Source: Macrostomum lignano
Taxonomy: Eukaryota
DNA length: 64,000 bases
Direction of reading: 5' to 3'
Assembly (NCBI GenBank): GCA_002269645.1
Contig: NIVC01000273.1
Location: forward strand, 62,001 to 126,000
Below are positions 46,299 through 57,469 of the stretch, piece by piece. The position numbers and the translations under genes are program-made. The notes beneath the pieces were generated by a model. The model saw nothing but the letters and a program-made list of their open reading frames with translations. It made no database searches and was not told the DNA's origin. Position 1 is the stretch's first letter. Each line of letters starts with the position of its first letter.

Positions 46299-46514
46299 TC
46301 AACGAGGGATGCAGATGCCAACGAAGCCCAGCAGCATCAGGCAATTCCGGCTGCAGCAGTCCCTGCTGTAGGCGCACCGCTCGTGCCGGCCCAGGCAGTA
46401 GAATCGTTTGTTTCTGACGCGAGTGCCATTGTTGAGGCCTGAACTTGTGAGAGCCTGCGTCAGTAGAATCTGTGCGAGGAGAAGCACCACGACAAGGCGT
46501 ACATAGCAAACCAT
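46299..46514 (-). CDS. Secreted cystine-knot (ICK, conotoxin framework VI/VII-like) peptide precursor, 71 aa
   Basis: ATG, hydrophobic signal peptide (VRLVVVLLLAQILLTQA), short pro-region ending in KR, then mature FYCLGRHERCAYSRDCCSRNCLMLLGFVGICIPR with C-X6-C-X5-CC-X3-C-X9-C. Single exon. Confidence 0.85.
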   Translation of the reverse strand: MVCYVRLVVVLLLAQILLTQALTSSGLNNGTRVRNKRFYCLGRHERCAYSRDCCSRNCLMLLGFVGICIPR

Positions 46515-48550
46515 GCTATCAGCCGAGGTCTGGATTCAAACTTTAATTAAAAGACCGAGCAATTTTGCGTAAAAAATTATCAAGAATTGGAACTTGGTTG
46601 ATAAATACCTAATTTTTGCGGTCTGTTTGCGATATATAAATATCGGGCACCTAGACAATCTATGGCTTGAATTGAATTGTGCTAATTTAAATTTCATAAT
46701 ACTGAAAGACATAATTATCTGCGTTCTTCTGTATTTTATTTTGTAAACACTAAACACTCAATATATCCTTAAAATCTTTATGGATCTTTGTTTTATGAGA
46801 TGAAACGTGCCTTCTTTTGGAAGCTACGTACATTTTCAAAATAATGGATATTGCAGTGCGGAAGTTAATATTTTGCGACGGATTATTTTCTTTATAATAG
46901 GGTAATACCTGTCGGAATGAGAATTGCCAGTATTCCAGAACTACATATGTACGATTCATTAAAGCAGGCCTATTGAAACAGTAACATTTCGGAGTCTTAA
47001 TTTACAATGTGGCGGCCTAATCAGCACGCAGCCAGCGATTGCGAGTACATCTGCACTGAAACCCCCTGCCCGCCAAGCTGGGGGTGGGTGTACTCGGACA
47101 GACAGTCAATATGCTAAGTCGAGGGGGGGGGGTTCGTGCCACCTTTTTGGCGCACCTCCCCATGTGATGATAGCGTGCAGTGCAATTATTTATACCTGAC
47201 GCGTAAAAGCTTTTACTTTTCTTGCTTGCAACTTACTTCGTTTTTCGCAAGCCGCTAAAATTTTAACATTTCCTTTGAGTGCATTGCTTGGCAAAAGAAT
47301 TCAAGCCCAGGCTAACATTTATGTATGACATTTAAGGATTTTATGAGCATTAGTGTGGTTTCAAAAATATCTGCTTTTTTCGCAATTTGGATTACTTTTA
47401 CAAAGAAATTAAAATATGCATTTCTGATAAAAACAGACAGAAATAAAAAACATATTTTTTAAATGCTTTACTTCAGTCTTAAAATCTTAAACTTTAAGAA
47501 CTTTTTAGTATAATTTGTTATTAATTTCCTGCAAATAAAACAACCGTAAATTTAATTCACAAAAGTAGAATATTTTTATATATCAGATAAATTCGCACAC
47601 TGAGTTTTTCTGTATTGTTATATGATTTAATTCACTTTCGAATTTTCAAAAAAGTGAAATAGCTTTTACTTATCCCCACTACACTAGTGCTCGAGATAAT
47701 ATAACTTGTCTGTCACTCATTCTGTTGTAGGGCTTAATAACAAATGAAAGTGGTCATTCTTTTTTTCATATGATATTGACTTTCTTTGTATTTAGGCCTA
47801 TATATTTACTGATTTTGATGACAAAGTATTCGACTATTGCTGATAAGCTTGAGACTTGCAATTTTTTAGCCTTTGAATGGTCATAAAAATAGTGAACATT
47901 TCATACATTGACTATTGTTGTATTGAGAGCTACAATTGATATTAATTAGGCCTATTGACAGACAAACAAAATCTTTCTAAAAAATTGTTGCATTGATGCT
48001 TCAAAGTTATTAATCTATAATAGGCTATTTATGCTATGATATTTATTTTCGTTTAAAAAAAACTTGTATGCTGTTTGTTTTTTTAAGCCAAGAATATAGA
48101 TTGTAGCTATAGCTAATATGAAGCAAGAATTTAAGTTAATGACCAAATTGCCACTTGTGTACATATGCACTTGTGACCTTGGCCAAGTTGGAAATTAGCT
48201 TAAATTATTGCTATTTATTAAACTTCCATTCCTGGATTTTATAACAAAAGGCATAGTAAGTTTTTTTTTAAAGTAGTGTATATGCTTTCACATTTAGTTT
48301 CGATATTTTATATAATGTGAATATTTTTATCAATCTTTTATGATAATTCTATTAATAATTGAAAATATACTGTGCTCATTTTTATAATTTGTATCTTACA
48401 ATTTGAGTGATATTTAAAGTCAGACAATCCCATAATCTCAATTCTTGAATCATGTAAATAATTTAAGATTAGGCTTGCTTTTTGACAAATTGTAATTATT
48501 CAAGATTTTCCAACTTCAGACTGCACAGCATCCCAGCTGATAGCTGAGCA

Positions 48551-50690
48551 ATGGTTTTCAAGTCAAGTCAGTGGCAGATTCTCACTCTGCCTCTCCTGCT
48601 GCTGGCCATCCCAGCCTGCTCAGCGCCTGCTGACACCCCTGAGCAGCAGCAGGTGCTGAAGGTGGAGATGCCTGGCGCAACGCCCACCCATGACGATTCT
48701 TACCTGTGCTCATCAACCAAAGTCCCGGCAAACGCGGGCAAGGAGCTGTACATCGTGGGCTTCCAGGCCCTCTCCGACATGTCTGTGGCGCACCACGTGC
48801 TGCTGTACGGCTGCCAGCGGCCGCAAGTGGAGCCGGGCAAAGTTGGCGACTGCGGCGGCATCTGCTCCAGCGGCGGCTCCAAGATTGTGTACGCCTGGGC
48901 CCGGAACGCCCCCGAGCTGCGCCTGCCCGCCAACACGGGCTTCGTGATTGGCGGCGCCAGCAGCATCCAGTACATCGTGATCCAGGTGCACTACCTCCAC
49001 GGCCGCAGTCAGCCCGACCGCTCCGCTGTGAACCTGCAGCTGAGCAGCCGGCCGCAGCCATTCACAGCCGGCATCTTCCTGATGATGGCCTACAGCGGCA
49101 GCATCCAGCCGGGGCGCAGCACGCCACCCTGGACGTCTCCTGCAAGTGCGTTCTTGGTAGCAGCCGTGCGGGTGGCTTGCAAAGGGTGGCAGGGGACTGG
49201 AGTGTCGGAGGGGATACCCGCTGGAGTGTCGGAGGGGATACCCGCTGGAGTGTCGGAGGGGATACCCGCTGGAGTGTCGGAGGGGATACCCTACTGGGAG
49301 TGTCGGAGGGGATACCCTACTGGGAGTGTCGGAGGGGATACCCTGCTGGGAGTGTCGGAGGGGATACCCTGCTGGGAGTGTCGGAGGGGATACCCTGCTG
49401 GGAGTATCGGAGGGGATACCCGCTGGAGTATCGGAGGGGATACCCGCTGGAGTATCGGAGGGGATACCCGCTGGAGTATCGGAGGGGATACCCGCTGGAG
49501 TATCGGAGGGGATACCCTGCTGGGAGTGTCGGAGTCAGCTGGTCTCCTCTCTTGCCCCAGTAAAAACTATGAGCAGTGGCATAAACTTTGTCCAGCTCAG
49601 ATTGTAGGCTATTAGATATTGAGCAGCTGTTGCACTTTTACTAATCCTATGGAGAAGCGGACACCCATCCATTATGACTATGCAGGACACGCAGCTTCCT
49701 TCCCAGCCTCCGTACGCATTCTCCATCAAACCCGGGCTCACGGGCCGGCCAGTCTGACAGAGGAATTTTTCTCGCGCGTGCCTCCGCCTATCCAGGGAAT
49801 CTGGGTAGAGAGCGGGATAATTATCCCAAAATGACGGGGGCATCGATTTTCCTACCCTCTTCCCCAACTCTGTCTCCGCCTTCCCAAATCTGGAGCTCCT
49901 TCATAAACATTATTTTCTGGTCACAGATGGGACTAACAGGTGCGACCAGGGCCTCACAGCAGATCTAGCTGTAATGAGGATCACAGGAGAAAATTGGGAT
50001 GTCTGTTGAAATCTGATTGCAGGCGAGTGTAGTCCGAACTGGCAGAGAATTAATTCCCCACCTCAGGAATACAGCCAGTCTAGTCCGAACTGGCAGAGAA
50101 TTAATTCCCCACCTCAGGATTGCAGCCAGTCTAGTCCGAACTGGCAGAGAATTAATTCCCCACCTCAGGATTGCAGCCAGTCTAGTCCGAACTGGCAGAG
50201 AATTAATTCCCCACCTCAGGATTGTCGCCAGTCTAGTCCGAACTGGCAGAGAATTAATTCCCCACCTCAGGATTGTCGCCAGTCTAGTCCGAACTGGCAG
50301 AGAATTAATTCCCCACCTCAGGATTGCAGCCAGTCTAGTCCGAACTGGCAGAGAATTAATTCCCCACCTCAGGATTGTCGCCAGTCTAGTCCGAACTGGC
50401 AGAGAATTAATTCCCCACCTCAGGATTGCAGCCAGTCTAGTCCGAACTGGCAGAGAATTAATTCCCCACCTTAGGAATACAGCCAGTCTAGTCCGAACTG
50501 GCAGAGAATTAATTCCCCACCTCAGGAATACAGCCAGTCTAGTCCGAACTGGCAGAGAATTAATTCCCCACCCAGTATTTTATTTATGCCAGTTGTCCTG
50601 TGCCCGAGAGGAATGACAGCTCTTCAACCTGGAGCATACTTTTATTACAACTTATCCCCAATGGCCTTGGCTCACGCAGCAAACATCTGG

Positions 50691-50788
<98 letters not shown>

Positions 50789-53700
50789 CAGTCATGTGCT
50801 GAGCTGCATCATCTGCCTTCTTGTCTGCCCTGTTTCTCGACTTCCCCAACCTTACTCTCTTTCCTACGCTGTACATGTTCTCAGGGACACATGGGGCTCT
50901 CCTTAGGTTTCTGCAGCTTGTAGACTCGCCCCCCCCCCAGTTCCTCTGGCTTTCTCCCTTCCTCAGTGGTCTCCTTGGTCTCGACTCAACAAACCGCAAG
51001 ACTTGCTCAGCATGTGGCTGGGTCTGATTAAGGGGAAAATATCCTGTTCTTTTGCTGCTCGCTTCCGGTTTGACAGGAATACAGGAAAACCGAGTGTGGT
51101 GTTTGGGCTCACTGCTTATTCAATATTTTGAACCGTCTTCAAGGATTACCCACCGTACTTTAATGTTCCCTTGTCTCCGCGACCCCCTTTCTCTTCATCC
51201 CAGACTCCCCGATCCCCTTCATCTCCACCCCAGACTCCCGATCCCCTTCAGCTCCATCCCAGACTCCCCATCGCCTTCATCTCAATCCCCATCCCAGACT
51301 CCCCGATCCCCTTCATCTCCATCTCCATCCCAAACTCCTAATCCCCTTCAGCTCCATCCCAGACTCCCGATCAGTTTCATCTCCATCTCCATCCCAGACT
51401 CCCGATCAGTTTCATCTCCATCTCCATCCCAGACTCCCCGATCCCCTTCATCTCCATCTCCATCCCAAACTCCTAATCCCCTTCAGCTCCATCCCAGACT
51501 CCCGATCAGTTTCATCTCCATCTCCATCCTAGACTCCCCGATCCCCTTCACCTCCATCTCCATCCCAAACTCCTAATCCCCTTCAGCTCCATCCCAGACT
51601 CCCGATCAGTTTCATCTCCATCTCCATCCCAGACTCCCGACCCCCTTCATCTCCATCTCCATCCCAGACTCCCGATCCCCTTCATCTCCATCTCCATCCC
51701 AGACTCCCGATCCCCTTTATCTCTATCCTCATCCCAGACTCCCTGATTCCTTTCTGTTTCCCCCCTATCGAAAATCGGACGTATTCTCTCAAAGTCCTTT
51801 CGCTACCCAATAACTATTAGTAGTTTTGATCCCATTTTGATCCCAAGCCTCCCTCCCCTCTGCTCCCGGCCGTCAGGTACTCGGGCAGCTCAGAGATGCG
51901 GCCGTTCGCGTTCCGCACGCACGCCCACGCGCTCAGCCGGGCCATTGTCGGCTACCGCCTGAGCCCCGACCTGCAGGATGTGCAGGAGATCGGGCGGGCC
52001 AGCCCGCAGTGGGCGCAGGCCTTCTACCCGGCCAGACCGGGCATCTCCATCAGAAACGGCGACTACCTGGCGGCCAGGTGCGTCTACGACGCCACCGGCG
52101 AGACTCAGGCGCACCACATCGGCTCGACTCACAACGACGAGATGTGCAACTTCTACATCATGTTCTCCACGCCGGCCGGGGCCAAGCTCGGTGACATCTT
52201 CTCCTGCGGCGGCGGCGGCCCGGACGCTTCGACGGAGTCGCGCCGGCTTTGGCGCAAAATCCCGCAGGACTCGCTGGACTATCTGCCCAGCGAGGCGCCC
52301 GCCGACGCCTTTGCCTACGCGGCCAAGGCTACGGCGCCGAGGAAGGGCGTCCCGCACCCGCCTCCGGCCGCGGCTGCTGCGCATAAAGTGGCCGCTGTGC
52401 CCGACTGGCCGCGGCCGGGTGGCCGGCAGCTCGGACAGGTGGGGGGGCGCCTTCTGCTGCTGCTGGGGTGGTGTGGGGATGGGATGGACCAAGGCTCAGG
52501 GGTTGGAGTTGGGGTTCAGGGGTGGAGTTTAGAGTTCAAGAGATGGAATTTAGGGTTCAGGGGTGGAGTTTAGGGTTCAGGGGTGGAGTTTATGGTTCAA
52601 GAGATGGAATTTAGGGTTCAGGGGTGGAGTTTATGGTTCAAGAGATGGAATTTAGGGTTCAGGGGTGGAGTTTAGGGTTCAGGGGTAGAGTTTAGAGTTC
52701 AGGGGTGGAGTTTAGGGTTCAGGGGTGGAGTTTATGGTTCAAGAGATGGAATTTAGGGTTCAGGGGTGGAGTTTAGGGTTCAGGGTGTAGTTTAGGTTCC
52801 AGGGGTGGAGTTAAGGGTTCAGGGTGAAGTTTAGGATTCAGGGGTGAAGTTTAGGGTTCAGGGGTGGAGTTTAGGGTTCAGGGGTGAAGTTTAGGGTTCA
52901 GGGGTGGAGTTTAGGGTTCAGGGGTGGAGTTTAGGGTTCAGGGGTGGAGTTTAGGGTTCAGGGGTGGAGTTTAGGGTTCAGGGGTGGAGTTTATGGTTCA
53001 GGGGTGGAGTTTAGGGTTCAGGGGTGGAGTTTAGGGTTCAGGGGTGGAATTTAGGGTTCAGGGGTGGAGTTTAGGGTTCAGGGGTGGAGTTTAGGGTTCA
53101 GGGGTGGAGTTTAGGGTTCAGGGGTGGAGTTTAGGGTTCAGGGGTGGAGTTTAGGTTTCAGGGGTGGATTTTAGGGTTCAGGGATGGAATTTAGGGTTCA
53201 GGTTTCAAGGGATGTGATGGAGTTTAGCCTGATCAAAAAGATCTCATTTATCGGTCACCGCTGACACCGACCGAACCCCCCCCTCCCCCCTGCTGCTCAT
53301 CCGGCAGATCAGCGGAGTTGCCGCAGGTCCAGACGGCCGAGTCTTCGTGTTCCACCGCGGCGCCAGGGTGTGGGGCCCAGGCGCCTTCGACCCGGACAAC
53401 CGGCTGTCGGACGCGCTACAGAGCGAGGGCGCCATCAACGAGGACACGGTGCTGGAGCTGGATGCCAGCGGCGGGGTGATCTCCGGCTGGGGCCGCGGAG
53501 TCTTCTTCATGCCCCACAGCCTGCACATTGACGCCCAGGGCAACTTCTGGATCACTGATGTCGGATTGCATCAGGTTGGGATCCCGGATGGACTGTCACT
53601 CATTTCTGATTGACTGTCACTCATTTCTGACTGACTGTCACTCATTTCTGATTGACTGTCACTCATTTCAGAATGACTGTCACTCATTTCTGATTGACTG

Positions 53701-56299
53701 TCACTCATTTCAGAATGGCTGTCACTCATTTCTGCTTGACTGTCACTCATTTCTGATTGACTGTCACTCATTTCTGATTGACTGTCACTCATTTCAGAAT
53801 GACTGTCACTCATTTCTGATTGACTGTCACTCATTTCAGAATGGCTGTCACTCATTTCTGATTGACTGTCACTCATTTCAGAATGACTGTCACTCATTTC
53901 TGATTGACTGTCACTCATTTCAGAATGGCTGTCACTCATTTCTGATTGACTGTCACTCATTTCAGAATGACTGTCACTCATTTCTGATTGACTGTCACTC
54001 ATTTCAGAATGGCTGTCACTCATTTCTGATTGACTGTCACTCATTTCAGAATGGCTGTCACTCATTTCAGAATGACTGTCACTCATTTCTGATTGACTGT
54101 CACTCATTTCAGAATGGCTGTCACTCATTTCTGATTGACTGTCACTCATTTCAGAATGGCTGTCACTCATTTCTGATTGACTATCACTCATTTCTGATTG
54201 ACTGTCACTCATTTCAGAATGGCTGTCACTCATTTCTGATTGACTGTCACTCATTTAAACTACGTGGCACTCACGCCTGACAGTCGCGCATCACCCCGCC
54301 CGCCCCCGCAGGTGCTGAAGTTCTCGCCGGACCACAAGCCCCTGCTGACTGTGGGCGTCCGCTTGACTCCCGCCGACGGCAAGCGCGGCTTCTGCCAGCC
54401 GGCCGACGCGGTGACCAGCGCCGCAGGCGACGTGTTTGTTGCCGACGGCTACTGCAACCACCGGGTGGTGATGCTCGGCCCGGACGGCTCCTTCAAGCGC
54501 GAGTTTCAAAGTGCCGACGGGGTGCTGGTGGTGCCGCACAGCCTGGCGCTGATCGAGGCCGACCGCCTGGTCTGCGTGGCGGACCGCGAGCGGGCCCGGG
54601 TGGAGTGCTGGAACTGGGAGACCGGCCGTTCCGAGCGTCGTTTCCCCTTTAAGGAGTTCGGCGACTCCGTGTACGCGGTGGCCTATTCGCCTGAGGCCCG
54701 CCAGATGTACGCCGTCAGCGGCAGCGGCCACGGCCTCACGGTGGACCCCACCAGCGGGGCGGTGCGGCAGGCCTGGGGCAGCTTCACCCGGCCGCATGCG
54801 ATGGCCGTGGCTGCCGGCGGGGCGGCTCTGCTGGTGGCCGAGATTCAGGTGGGACCGGGTTCTTCGGGGCAGAGTGGGGTGGGGTAGATTGGGTGGGGTA
54901 GATTGGGTGGGGTAGATTGAGTGGGTAGATTGGGTGGGGTAGATTGAGTGGGTAGATTGGGTGCGTAGATTGGATGGGTAGATTAGGTGGGTAGATTGGG
55001 TGGGTAGATTGGGTGGGTAGATTGGGTGGGGTAGATTGGGTGGGTAGATTGAGTGGGTAGATTGGGTGGGTAGATTGGGTGGGTAGATTGGGTGGGTAGA
55101 TTGGGTGGGTAGATTGAGTGGGTAGATTGGGTGGGGTAGATTGGGTGGGTAGATTAGGTGGGTAGATTGGGTGGGTAGATTGGGTGGGTAGATTGGGTGG
55201 GTAGATTGGGTGGGTAGATTAGGTGGGTAGATTGGGTGGGTAGATTGGGTGGGTAGATTGGGTGGGTAGATTAGGTGGGTAGATTGGGTGGGTAGATTGG
55301 GTGGGTAGATTGGGTGGGTAGATTGGGTGGGTAGATTGAGTGGGTAGATTGGGTGGGGTAGATTGGGTGGGTAGATTGGGTGGGGTAGATTGGGTGGGTA
55401 GATTGGGTGGGTAGATTGAGTGGGTAGATTAGGTGGGTAGATTAGGTGGGTAGATTGGGGTGAGGTAGATTGAGGTGGGGCAGATTGGGTGGGTAGATTG
55501 GATGGGGTAGATTGGGGTGGGGCAGATTGGGTGGGTAGATTGGGTGGGGTAGATTGGGGTGAGGTAGATTGGGCTGGGGCAGATTGGGTGGATAGATTAG
55601 GTGGGTAGATTGGGGTGAGGTAGATTGGGGTGGGGCAGATTGGGTGGATAGATTAGGTGGGTAGATTGGGGTGAGGTAGATTTGGGTGGGGCAGATTTGG
55701 TGGGTAGATTGGGGTGAGGTAGATTGGGGTGGGGCAGATTGGGTGGGTAGATTGGGTGGGGCAGATTAAAGTGCGGTAAATTTGGGTAGACTAGACAGTG
55801 CATAGAGTGAAGCGATAGTGGGCAGTGTAGAGTAGGTCGAATTCGGCAGACAGCTGCAAGGGTAGCTGAAGCCCTACCGCCTTCGCCGCAGGTGCCCGGC
55901 CGGCTGTGGAAATTCTCCGTGTCCGGCCTGACCGCCCAGTCGAATTCGCCCGACCACTTTGCCGGCCAGCGGACGGTGCACGAGCGGGCGCTGGTGCTGG
56001 TGCGGGACTCGCAGGCCTCGCTGCTCATCGGCCTGCTGCTGCTGCTGCCGCTGCTCGTCGTGGTGCTCGCCGTCGCCCTGCTGAAGCTTCGCCGCAGGGA
56101 CAGCGGCCGCATCGGAGCCGGCCGGAAATCCCTTCTGGGCGGCGGCCCCGGCGGCATCCGCGACCGGGAGGGCTTTCAGCCGCTGACGCAGGAGGACAGC
56201 GACGAGGAGGCGGAGACCGGTCCGGGGGCCGGCGGCATTGGCGACGCCGTGGGCGGCCCGCCTCCGCTGGGCGACCCGAGTAGCAAAGTGAAGGCCTGA
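48551..56299 (+). CDS. PAM: Bifunctional peptidylglycine alpha-amidating monooxygenase (PHM + PAL + TM + cytosolic tail), about 789 aa, 5 coding exons (one apparent 1-nt frameshift near 49112)
   Basis: Exons 48551-49145, 51877-52438, 53308-53574, 54312-54848 and 55892-56299. Signal peptide; PHM copper ligands AHHVLLY, QVHY, RTHAH and EMCNFY; PAL FHRG, MPHSLHID, DGYCNHRVV and ADRE; TM LLIGLLLLLPLLVVVLAVALL; tail GFQPLTQEDSDEE. Confidence 0.94.
49195..49530. repeat. Intronic ~23-bp minisatellite (CTGGAGTGTCGGAGGGGATACCCG)
   Basis: In PAM intron 1. Confidence 0.9.
50028..50572. repeat. Intronic 51-bp minisatellite
   Basis: CCAGTCTAGTCCGAACTGGCAGAGAATTAATTCCCCACCTCAGGATTGCAG, about 10-11 copies in PAM intron 1. 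Confidence 0.95.
50692..50782. repeat. (CT)n microsatellite
   Basis: About 45 units. Confidence 0.97.
51190..51745. repeat. C-rich degenerate minisatellite (CATCCCAGACTCCCGATCCCCTTCATCTC)
   Basis: At the 3' end of PAM intron 1. Confidence 0.88.
52500..53205. repeat. Telomere-motif 20-bp minisatellite (TTAGGGTTCAGGGGTGGAGT)n
   Basis: About 35 copies filling PAM intron 2; most units carry TTAGGG. Confidence 0.95.
53590..54255. repeat. 18-bp minisatellite (GACTGTCACTCATTTCTGA-type)
   Basis: About 37 copies filling PAM intron 3. Confidence 0.95.
54878..55790. repeat. G-rich ~13-bp minisatellite (GGGTAGATTGGGT)n
   Basis: Fills PAM intron 4. Confidence 0.95.
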
Positions 56300-56324
56300 G
56301 AAACTGGCTGATTACGGCGGCCCG

Positions 56325-56645
56325 CCAGAGGACCTTGAAGGGGATTGCGGCGGCCCGCCAGAGGACCTTAAAGGGGGTTGCGGCGGGCCGCCAGAGGACC
56401 TTAATGGGGATTGCGGCGGGCCGCCAGAGGACCTTAAAGGGGATTGCGGCGGGCCGCCAGAGGACCTTAAAGGGGATTGCGCGGGCCGCCAGAGGACCTT
56501 AAAGGGGATTGCGGCGGGCCGCCAGAGGACCTTAAAGGGGATTGCGGCGGCCCGTCAGAGGACCTTGAAGGGGATTGCGGCGGCCCGTCAGAGGAACTTG
56601 AAGGGGATTGCGGCGGCTCGTCAGAGGACCTTGAAGGGGATTGCT
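56325..56645. repeat. ~32-bp minisatellite (GGGATTGCGGCGGGCCGCCAGAGGACCTTAAAG) just after the PAM stop
   Basis: About 10 copies, starting about 25 nt after the TGA. Confidence 0.9.
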
Positions 56646-57469
56646 GCAACCCACAGATGGAGCCGCCCCATTCGTTCTTTACTCATTACTTGAATACATT
56701 TGAGCCGCACTGCGTGTCGTGTCAGTCAGCCGCTAACCCGGATCTCATTCAAATTGTCTTATATTTCTGGATACATTTATGTTCTCTTACCGTGTTCTCC
56801 GCACCGTGTTTCGTTTTTAGTTACAGAAAATTTGTTTCTTGCTTTCTACTCAATTGTTATTTCTTCGTGTCTTTTATTTTCTTTGTCAAAAAATTAAGAT
56901 TTGTAGATGTTTTGAATTTTGTTTATTTATTAGTTGACCCCGCGATATCCACAGCAGCTACGCGGAGAACCTTGAGGATTTGTGTGCACAACTTCGTGAC
57001 AGCTTCCCGAGCATTGTTTTGAACAAATATAACAACAATTTTCTGCATTATCCGCATATTTACAGCACACACACCACCCAGCAGCTTATCTTCATTCATT
57101 GCTTTTCCCATATTTTAAGGAAATTTGCTATATTATTGATTTTGATTCCGTCTGGCCGGCTGTTGTGATTGGCTGACTGGTTTTTGCTTTACAGTCCATA
57201 TTGATATAAGTGTATAGCAGTAAGCTCTCCTGTGACATTCAGAGTGGCTAATTTATAAATATATATTCTTGATATTGTGGATTTGGTGTCTTATTAATAC
57301 ATCGACTGGGCTAGGCCTGCCCTGCATCATCTCAATCATTTGGGCGAGTCATTCTCGCTGCAATTTTATTGTTTTGACCTTCTACTTTAGTTATACTGTT
57401 CACCTGCATCCCAACCGATGAAGATCGCAGCTTCAGAACAGCAATTGCACTTTTAGACTCAGAGTTGAC

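Noticed and set aside
46299-46310. Knottin as an amidation substrate of the adjacent PAM
   Set aside because: The precursor ends IPR-stop with no Gly or Gly-Lys/Arg amidation signal.
49620-49870. Possible hAT transposase fragment (FWDNYPALYP..) in PAM intron 1
   Set aside because: Resemblance is limited to a few residues; the rest of the dimerisation motif and TIRs are absent.
52500-53205. Interstitial telomere or chromosome fusion scar
   Set aside because: TTAGGG occurs once per 20-bp unit rather than as contiguous (TTAGGG)n, and there is no head-to-head inversion.
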